Origin: Bacteroidales bacterium
Lineage (GTDB): Bacteria > Bacteroidota > Bacteroidia > Bacteroidales > PWNQ01
Assembly (NCBI GenBank): GCA_021740245.1
Contig: JAIPAE010000003.1
Span: 1-55,577 of the forward strand
Reading direction: 5' to 3'
DNA length: 55,577 nt
This document shows, piece by piece, positions 48,513 to 55,577 of the stretch. Both the position numbers and the translations under genes were made by a program. The notes below the pieces were generated by a model. It saw only the letters and a list, made by a program, of their open reading frames with translations. It made no database searches and had not been told where the DNA came from. Positions within the stretch are counted from its first letter, which is position 1, and each line of letters begins with the position of its first letter.

Positions 48513-49319
48513 ATGGCCATAGTAACCTTGACAACAGATTGGGGCGTTCGTGATTTCTTTGCGGGGGCTGTGAAAGGTAAGCTGTTATCAGCTATACCGG
48601 GGTTGGATATTATTGACATTACTCATCATGTCGAACCGCATAATATTGCCGAGGCAGCATTTATTCTTCGACATGCCTACCCGGAATTTCCTGAGGGCAG
48701 TATTCACATCGTTTCACTGAGAGCTACAGCATCCCGTGAATCACCACATGTTGCCATAAAATTAGATGGACATTATTTCATCGGAACAGATAATGGCCTT
48801 TTAGGGCTACTTTCTGATAATAAACCAGAAGAAATTGTGGAAATCGATATTCCCCAGGATTCTAATTATTTTGTTTTTCCTGGTCGGGATATTTTTGTAA
48901 AAAGTGCTATTCATCTGGCTCAGGACAAAAGTATTAAAGAACTGGGTTTCAATATGCAAGGGCTTCAGGACAAATCTTCATGGTCAGCTTCCGTTGATAA
49001 AGATCCGGAAACCGGCAATGACCGTATAAGCGGACGAGTTATCCACGTGGACAACTATGGAAATTGCCTGACAAACATTAAAGATACAACTTTTCAACAA
49101 ATGAAAAAAAACCGCTCTTTTCGCATCTATCTGCCGGCAACTACTATCTCGCAGACAAAACTTTATGATGCCTATGATGAAGTGGATGAAGGCAAAATCC
49201 TGGTTCTGATGTCCAGTACCGGATTTCTTCAAATTGCCATTAACCAGGGTAGAGCAAATCGATTGCTGGGCCTTGAAGCCTACGATTCTTCAATAAATGT
49301 TGAGTTTATCAATTCATGA
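48513..49319 (+). CDS. DUF62 / SAM hydrolase-halogenase superfamily protein (divergent active site)
   Basis: TLTTDWG, IDITH, FPEGSIH, DNGLL, GRDIF, VDNYGNCLTNI and LQIAINQG. Start trimmed to MAIVTL. Confidence 0.88.
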   Translation: MAIVTLTTDWGVRDFFAGAVKGKLLSAIPGLDIIDITHHVEPHNIAEAAFILRHAYPEFPEGSIHIVSLRATASRESPHVAIKLDGHYFIGTDNGLLGLLSDNKPEEIVEIDIPQDSNYFVFPGRDIFVKSAIHLAQDKSIKELGFNMQGLQDKSSWSASVDKDPETGNDRISGRVIHVDNYGNCLTNIKDTTFQQMKKNRSFRIYLPATTISQTKLYDAYDEVDEGKILVLMSSTGFLQIAINQGRANRLLGLEAYDSSINVEFINS

Positions 49320-49519
49320 TTCTGTTTGAATACCCAGGAAGCCATAATTCTTTAATGCCTACCAACCCTCATTTTTGTTAAAAATGTTTAAAATGTACGT
49401 TTCATCTTTGTATCAGTAAATTATTCTAAGTTTTATCCACACATAATCAGACGCTCCTGATGATGGATAAAGAATAAGCATTCCGGTTGTGTTTACAACC
49501 ATACCTTGTTGAATTTTAC

Positions 49520-49527
49520 TATTTTTG
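49520..49527 (+). promoter_or_regulatory. -7 element (TATTTTTG) for gldF-gldG operon
   Basis: TAnnTTTG match 31 bp upstream of the gldF ATG. Confidence 0.5.
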
Positions 49528-49558
49528 CAATTGCTAAAAGATAAAAGTAGGAACCATT

Positions 49559-50290
49559 ATGTTTACGGTTTTTAAAAAAGAAATAAACACCTTTCTCAGC
49601 TCTTTGATCGGTCAGATTACGATTATAGTATTTCTTCTGATCAATGGGCTTTTTCTATGGGTTTTCCCGGCAGGCTTTAACATTTTAAACTACGGTTACG
49701 CCACACTGGACAATTTGTTTATGTTATCTCCTTTTGTTTTTCTATTCCTGATTCCGGCAGTTACAATGCGCACTTTTGCTGATGAGCGCAGGTCAGGCAC
49801 TTTTGAGATCATAATGACGCGTCCTGTTACGGATATGCAGGTAATATCGGGGAAATATTTTGCAGGCGTTGTTCTTGTCCTGCTCAGTATCGCACCTACC
49901 CTTATTTATTATTACTCTATTTATCAATTAGGCTCTCCCATAGGCAACATTGATACCGGAGCAACCTGGGGTTCCTATATCGGTTTGCTGTTTCTGGCAT
50001 CTGGCTTTGTTGCAATCGGCACTTTCTGTTCTTCCATTACCGATAATACTATTGTTTCATTCTTGCTGACGTTGATCATCAGTGGATTCTTCTATATCGG
50101 TTTTGATTTTATTCATTCGCTTTCTGTTTTTGGCTCTGTCGATCTCTTTATTAAATCACTGGGCATAAACGCTCATTACACTTCCATGAGCCGTGGCGTG
50201 CTGGATACCCGGGATATCCTTTACTTCCTGAGCCTTATAGCATTTTTTATACTGTTAACCAAAGTATCACTTGAAAGCAGAAAATGGTAA
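49559..50290 (+). CDS. gldF: Gliding motility-associated ABC permease GldF
   Basis: KKEINTF, LIPAVTMRTFADERRSGT and SMSRGVLDTRD; followed by gldG. Confidence 0.92.
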   Translation: MFTVFKKEINTFLSSLIGQITIIVFLLINGLFLWVFPAGFNILNYGYATLDNLFMLSPFVFLFLIPAVTMRTFADERRSGTFEIIMTRPVTDMQVISGKYFAGVVLVLLSIAPTLIYYYSIYQLGSPIGNIDTGATWGSYIGLLFLASGFVAIGTFCSSITDNTIVSFLLTLIISGFFYIGFDFIHSLSVFGSVDLFIKSLGINAHYTSMSRGVLDTRDILYFLSLIAFFILLTKVSLESRKW

Positions 50291-50293
50291 GTT

Positions 50294-52039
50294 ATGAGTA
50301 AGAAAAAAGATATACGCCGGCAAAATATCATCCAGCTTTTATTGGGATTGGTAATCATAGTTTTGATCAACATTATCGGACAATATTATTTCACCCGTTT
50401 TGATCTGACATCAGAAAAAAAATACACACTTTCGGAAACTACAAAAAAAATCGTACGCTCTTTCGATGATTATGTAACTTTTAAGGTTTACCTGGAAGGT
50501 GATTTTCCGGCCGGTTTCAAAAGATTACAGCGTGAAACAAAGGAAATGCTTGATGAATTTCACGCATACAATTCTAATATTCAATACGAATTTATTAATC
50601 CCACTGAATTAAATGATCAAAGTGATCGTAATAGTTTTTATGCAGAGCTGGCCCAAAAGGGACTGGAGCCAACCAATATCCGGATGGACGAAAAAGGGAA
50701 ACAATCACAACAGGTTGTTTTTCCCGGTGCTGTTGTATCTTACAAAAGCAACCGTGAAGAGGCCATAAATTTACTGGAGTCAAGCATGAATACATCACCC
50801 GATCAACAAATCAACTTGTCCATTCAGGCTTTGGAATACAACCTGACCAGTACACTTAAAAAATTAAGTAATCCGGAGAAAGAAAATATCGCTTTTTTAC
50901 ACGGCCACGGAGAACTCCCAAAAATAAGGCTGGACGGTGCAGATAAGGTATTATCCGGCTTTTATAATGTTACTCATCTGATTACAGAAAACAAAGTCAA
51001 TAGCTTGATTAAGCGCAACATAAATGATTCCTCCGGAAAAGTATTGACTGAACCCAGGTTCAAGGCACTTATTATTGCACATCCGACACGTTCTTTCAAC
51101 GAACGCGAAAAATTCCTTATCGACCAGTACGTCATGCACGGTGGCAAAATCCTATGGCTGGTTGATCCGGTTCAGACAAACATGGATTCACTGCAATCCA
51201 AACCATCAACTTTGGCGATGCCCTCCGATCTCAATCTTGATGATATGTTATTCCGGTATGGAGTTCGCCTGAACAAAAACCTGATCAAGGACCTGCGCTC
51301 AGCAAAAATTCCTCTTAACACCCAACCCAGAGGAAGCAAGCCACAATTTGAATACTTCCCATGGCCATACTTTCCGATACTGCTGTCACACAATGAGCAT
51401 CCCATTGTGAAAAATCTTAACGGAATTAAAGGTAAGTTTGTAAGCACACTGGATACCATATCAGGTAATAACATCAAGAAAACCATGCTTTTGAAAAGTT
51501 CCGCTAATTCCAATGTGATAAGTACTCCTCATGAGATCAGTCTTAGGACTATTGGTCGTCGGCCAGACCGGCGTCAATACAACAAAGGCAGTCAGGATGT
51601 TGCGGTTTTACTCGAAGGAAAATTCACTTCTGTTTTCAAAAACCGGGTTCCACCCCAAATCACCCAAAACAAGGAAATGGCATTCCGAACAGAAAGTACT
51701 CCGAACCAAATGATTATCGTTGCCGATGGAGATGTTATTAAAAACGATATTAGTGTGCGTGGAAACGAACCATTGCCACTTGGTGTCGACAGGTGGAGCG
51801 GAAGAAAGTTCGGAAATGAAGACTTTATCCTCAATGCCGTCAATTACCTTTGTGATGATTCCGGTTTGCTGAACCTCAGAGACCGCGACCTGAAAAACCG
51901 TATTATGGATTTACCACGGATAGAGGAAGAAAAAACAAAATGGCAGGTCATAAACATTGCAGGCCCTGTTCTGTTAATCCTGATCATGAGTTTTGCCTGG
52001 AATATAACCCGTCGTAGAAAATTCAACCGGAAATCATAA
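50294..52039 (+). CDS. gldG: Gliding motility-associated ABC auxiliary protein GldG
   Basis: RFDLTSEKKYTLS, YLEGDFPAGFKRL, GHGE, DQYVMHGGK, VADGD and FILNAVNYL. Confidence 0.92.
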   Translation: MSKKKDIRRQNIIQLLLGLVIIVLINIIGQYYFTRFDLTSEKKYTLSETTKKIVRSFDDYVTFKVYLEGDFPAGFKRLQRETKEMLDEFHAYNSNIQYEFINPTELNDQSDRNSFYAELAQKGLEPTNIRMDEKGKQSQQVVFPGAVVSYKSNREEAINLLESSMNTSPDQQINLSIQALEYNLTSTLKKLSNPEKENIAFLHGHGELPKIRLDGADKVLSGFYNVTHLITENKVNSLIKRNINDSSGKVLTEPRFKALIIAHPTRSFNEREKFLIDQYVMHGGKILWLVDPVQTNMDSLQSKPSTLAMPSDLNLDDMLFRYGVRLNKNLIKDLRSAKIPLNTQPRGSKPQFEYFPWPYFPILLSHNEHPIVKNLNGIKGKFVSTLDTISGNNIKKTMLLKSSANSNVISTPHEISLRTIGRRPDRRQYNKGSQDVAVLLEGKFTSVFKNRVPPQITQNKEMAFRTESTPNQMIIVADGDVIKNDISVRGNEPLPLGVDRWSGRKFGNEDFILNAVNYLCDDSGLLNLRDRDLKNRIMDLPRIEEEKTKWQVINIAGPVLLILIMSFAWNITRRRKFNRKS

Positions 52040-52080
52040 CATCAGAAAGCAGGTAACACGCACAACTAAACACGAAATCA

Positions 52081-53208
52081 ATGAGCAATTTTATAAAAAA
52101 GAACCGGATATCAATTACAACTGTCCTTATTTTGGCGATTATCACCGTTGTTATTCTATTAAGCCGTCGTAACAGCACTATGGAGGAAAAGGCCCGCAAC
52201 TTTGCTGTTCGCGATACAGCCAGCGTAACCAGGTTGTTTTTAGCTAAAAAAGACAGTTCACAGGTGTTGCTCACCAAAAATAATAACAGTCAGTGGACCA
52301 TCAATAATGAAGAAAAAGCTTCTAATGCAGCGGTGGAAATACTCCTGGAAACGCTGAAAAAAATGGATGTCAAACGCCCGGTAGCAAAATCAGAACATAA
52401 CACAGTGGTAAAGCACCTTTCATCCATTGGTGTTAAAGTAGAAGTCTATCAGAAGAAACCTTTGTTCACATTGCTGGGAGTTGACTTTTTCAATAAAGAA
52501 CGGTTAACACGGACGTTTTATGTGGGTGATGCCACCCAAAACAACCGGGGAACATACATGGTTATTGAAGGTGCTGAAATCCCTTACGTTGTTTATATTC
52601 CGGGCTTCCGTGGTTATTTGACCCCACGCTTCAAAGCTAAACCTGACGACTGGCGCGATCATACAATCATTTCTAAAGGTATTAACCAAATCAAATCCGT
52701 GGAAGTGATCCATAAGGAAAACCCCGAAGAGTCTTTCCGTATTAATAAGACAGGTAAAAACACATTTAACATCCGCCGGCTGCAGGATAACTCTCTTATG
52801 ATACCTTTTGATACACTAAAAGTGCTCGATTTTCTCGCTTCTTTCAATACGGTGAAGTTTGAAGACCTGCTGAATGATTTTGAGAAAAAAGACTCCATTA
52901 TCAATTCTACACCTTTTCATATAATCCGATTAAAAGATGCCCAAGACAAAACTAATGTGATAAAAACCTATCAACGGCGGGCTCCTGAAGGACTCAATAA
53001 TGTATATGGCGAAGAAATGAAATATGATCCTGACAGAATGTATGCATTGTTTAACAACGAAGAAGACTTTGCCCTTGTGCAATTTTATATCTTTGATAAC
53101 TTGACCAGAAAACTGAGCTATTTTTTACCACCAATGAACATGTCAACAAGTCAGAATCAACCAGTCAACAACGGTAAAGTGTCAATAAAAAATACTAAAA
53201 CCAGGTAA
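52081..53208 (+). CDS. DUF4340-like membrane-anchored periplasmic protein
   Basis: N-terminal anchor; FAVRDTA, FYVGDAT and IPGFRGYLTPRF...WRD; typical position after gldG. Confidence 0.75.
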   Translation: MSNFIKKNRISITTVLILAIITVVILLSRRNSTMEEKARNFAVRDTASVTRLFLAKKDSSQVLLTKNNNSQWTINNEEKASNAAVEILLETLKKMDVKRPVAKSEHNTVVKHLSSIGVKVEVYQKKPLFTLLGVDFFNKERLTRTFYVGDATQNNRGTYMVIEGAEIPYVVYIPGFRGYLTPRFKAKPDDWRDHTIISKGINQIKSVEVIHKENPEESFRINKTGKNTFNIRRLQDNSLMIPFDTLKVLDFLASFNTVKFEDLLNDFEKKDSIINSTPFHIIRLKDAQDKTNVIKTYQRRAPEGLNNVYGEEMKYDPDRMYALFNNEEDFALVQFYIFDNLTRKLSYFLPPMNMSTSQNQPVNNGKVSIKNTKTR

Positions 53209-53318
53209 TAATTTGTTGAAAAGTTTTTTATAATATCTGGTTTTAATACCGACAAATTAATGATTTTAACGTAATTTTAGATTTTAAATAAAGACACGTA
53301 ATTCAAAATTTTAATAAT

Positions 53319-54443
53319 ATGAAATTCATAGTCTCCAGCACTTTACTGTTGAAAAACGTGCAATCCATCAGCGGGGTTTTAAGCACAAATAATACCATGC
53401 CGATTTTAGACGATTTCCTGTTTGATGTTAAAGAAAACGAACTGGAAATAACGGCTTCGGATCTGGAAACCACTATGCAGGTAAGTGTTGGCATGACGCA
53501 AAGCGATGGAACGGGAACCATTGCTATTCCTGCCAAAATATTGCTTGATACGCTGAAAACATTTGCCGATATCCCAATTACTTTTGATATCAATCTGGAA
53601 GATTCAGCTATTGAACTCAGTACTGACGAAGGTAAATTTAAACTCACTGGTCACAAAGCAGATGAGTATCCTCAATTACCGATTATTGAAGAACCTCAGG
53701 AATTTGAGATAACAGCGGATGCTATGGCTACAGCCATCAACAAAACCATTTTTGCTACTGGTGTTGATGAGCTTCGCCCGGTAATGTCAGGTGTGCTTTG
53801 TGAACTGAATGAAGATGATATTACCTTTGTAGCTACAGACGCTCATAAGCTTGTACGCTATCGCAGAACCGATTACAAACCCGGATTATCACAAAACTTT
53901 ATCATCCCCAAAAAACCGCTGAACCAGATGAAAAGCATTCTCAGTGCCGGCGATGATGAAAAAGTTCAGGTGCAATACAACGAGACCAACGCCTTTTTCC
54001 ATTTCAATAATGTAAATGTGATCTGCCGCCTGATTGAAGGAAAATATCCCAACTATGAAGCCGTAATTCCCAAAGACAATACCAACACCCTTACGGTAGA
54101 CCGCCAGAATCTGCTTAACTCTATCAAGCGTGTTTCGATCTTTGCCAATCAATCAACCCATCAGGTACGTTTTGGTATATCCGGACAGGAACTTGTTCTT
54201 TCTGCCGAAGACGTGGACTTCAGCAATGAAGCTAAAGAACGCCTGAACTGTAATTACGACGGCGAAGATATGGAAATCGGATTTAACTCACGATTTATCA
54301 TCGAAATGCTGAATAACCTTACAAATGATGAAGTCATCTTTGAACTCTCAACACCGGAAAGAGCCGGATTGATCAGCCCTGCAGAAAAAGACGAAAATGA
54401 AGATATCCTGATGCTGGTGATGCCGGTGATGCTGAACTCGTAA
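53319..54443 (+). CDS. dnaN: DNA polymerase III beta sliding clamp
   Basis: SDLET, DELRPVMSGV, VATDAHKL, RLIEGKYPNY, IGFNSRF and LVMPV. Confidence 0.98.
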   Translation: MKFIVSSTLLLKNVQSISGVLSTNNTMPILDDFLFDVKENELEITASDLETTMQVSVGMTQSDGTGTIAIPAKILLDTLKTFADIPITFDINLEDSAIELSTDEGKFKLTGHKADEYPQLPIIEEPQEFEITADAMATAINKTIFATGVDELRPVMSGVLCELNEDDITFVATDAHKLVRYRRTDYKPGLSQNFIIPKKPLNQMKSILSAGDDEKVQVQYNETNAFFHFNNVNVICRLIEGKYPNYEAVIPKDNTNTLTVDRQNLLNSIKRVSIFANQSTHQVRFGISGQELVLSAEDVDFSNEAKERLNCNYDGEDMEIGFNSRFIIEMLNNLTNDEVIFELSTPERAGLISPAEKDENEDILMLVMPVMLNS

Positions 54444-54545
54444 TAAAATTTAAAGATTTGTAAATCCGATACCCAGACAATTTCGGAAATCAGTTGCTAA
54501 ATAATTCCGGATTTTTTGTAATTTTGATTTAGACTGTATTATTCA

Positions 54546-54666
54546 TGCATTAAGTTTAGGTCAGATGCAAGGCGTGGAAAGTCGCAGATATAGTAGTCTA
54601 TTTCAAAGTTTACCCCGTATTTATCGGGAACTTTCGCAACGCAGCAGATGGCCTGAAATTAATGCA
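54546..54666. repeat. 121-bp multi-branched palindromic element (MITE/REP-like repeat or structured RNA)
   Basis: 18-bp imperfect terminal inverted repeats TGCATTAAGTTTAGGTCA / TGGCCTGAAATTAATGCA; internal helices GAAAGT/ACTTTC, ATAG/CTAT and CCCG/CGGG. Confidence 0.65.
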
Positions 54667-54687
54667 GGTTAGGAAAAGAAACCTTTT

Positions 54688-55577
54688 ATGAATCAAAATC
54701 AATCAAAAACATCACACAGGGGATTTATTGCATTTACTATTTTCCAGAAAACAGCTCATTACATTTTTCTTTTTCTCTTTACACTGTTTTTTAAAAACTA
54801 CATAAACTACAATATAGAAGATTCATACCATTATTTCGGTATATTTCTATATTTGATCCCTATTGCATCTATAACTGGTGGATTTATATCTGATTACACG
54901 AATCGTACTCTGATTTTCCACATCGGTATCTGGCTGGCTATTATCGGATTATCCATCATTCTGTTTTCCGGGAGCGGAATTAGTTTAACCGTTTTTGTGG
55001 TATCATCCTTTGTTATGGCCATCGGACTGGGTTTTATTCATGTTATGATCATTACACTGATTGGTATCAATTCGGAGATCAGAAAAACCGAGAAGCAAAA
55101 CTACATTGATCTTGCATGGTACTTTCTTGCTATTACCTCAGCAAGCTTCCTGGTGAATATTCTCTCTCAATCAGGGGCCTTCAAAGAACCTGCCTTTAAG
55201 GCAACCGCGTTAAAAATTGCCGTTGTGTCCTTATTGACCGGATACATCATATGGCTAATACGGAATATAAAAAGAAATCCCTTTGCTGATGTAAGGCCTG
55301 AAACCAAATACAAACCCGCAAAGCCTGTTTTGATCCTTTTTTTAGTATTCATTTTTATATCCCTCATGAAAATCTCTGCAAATCAGATTTTATCTGTTCA
55401 CCTTAGCTTTAATTTTCACCACACTGTACATTGGAATTATGACGGCACTGCGCTTATTAAACTTATAATCACTCTGATAATTACAATAATATTATCAAAA
55501 AGAAATGGATTAAATACAAATATGATCTACAGAATATTCCGGTCATTATTCATCATATTTCCTGTTTTGTTTACCGG
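54688..55577 (+). CDS. MFS transporter, POT/PTR-like but degenerate; 3' end runs off the window
   Basis: Absent from the ORF track because it has no stop in the window. Manual translation MNQNQSKTSHRGFIAFTIFQKTAHY...ITGGFISDYTNR (MFS motif A-like)...MAIGLGF; many TM segments; open to the window end. Confidence 0.7.
   Translation, partial: MNQNQSKTSHRGFIAFTIFQKTAHYIFLFLFTLFFKNYINYNIEDSYHYFGIFLYLIPIASITGGFISDYTNRTLIFHIGIWLAIIGLSIILFSGSGISLTVFVVSSFVMAIGLGFIHVMIITLIGINSEIRKTEKQNYIDLAWYFLAITSASFLVNILSQSGAFKEPAFKATALKIAVVSLLTGYIIWLIRNIKRNPFADVRPETKYKPAKPVLILFLVFIFISLMKISANQILSVHLSFNFHHTVHWNYDGTALIKLIITLIITIILSKRNGLNTNMIYRIFRSLFIIFPVLFT

Noticed and set aside
368-55367. Numerous 60-160 aa ORFs in the track that are antisense or out-of-frame to the genes called above
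   Set aside because: They are shadow ORFs lying on well-supported genes, with no recognisable motifs.

Overview
An AT-rich bacterial chromosome segment with Bacteroidota hallmarks: TAnnTTTG -7 promoter elements, T9SS C-terminal sorting domains, gldF-gldG next to dnaN, and the folP/DUF1599/DoxX/tpiA block. It most resembles a free-living Bacteroidales-type organism (inference). Much of it is core housekeeping (thrS-infC-rpmI-rplT, tpiA, prmA, plsY, cdaA, def, ruvX, folD, ffh, folP, clpS, dnaN). I found no rRNA, tRNA, CRISPR array, transposase or integrase. The most interesting observations are: (1) a leucine-catabolism operon (MCC beta, methylglutaconyl-CoA hydratase, MCC alpha, acyl-CoA dehydrogenase) that runs straight into a type-2 IPP isomerase with no HMG-CoA lyase, a candidate leucine-to-isoprenoid route; (2) a citD-citE fusion plus citF, where the ACP attachment Ser appears replaced by Arg and no citC/citG/citX is nearby; (3) a 1522-aa exported beta-rich unknown protein coupled to plsY, a candidate lipid bridge; (4) a lipoprotein-signal isoaspartate methyltransferase overlapping an APC permease; (5) a 121-bp multi-branched palindromic element between dnaN and a degenerate POT-like transporter; (6) paired 7- and 14-repeat FG-GAP T9SS proteins. 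All family calls come from motif recognition by eye; no database searches were run.
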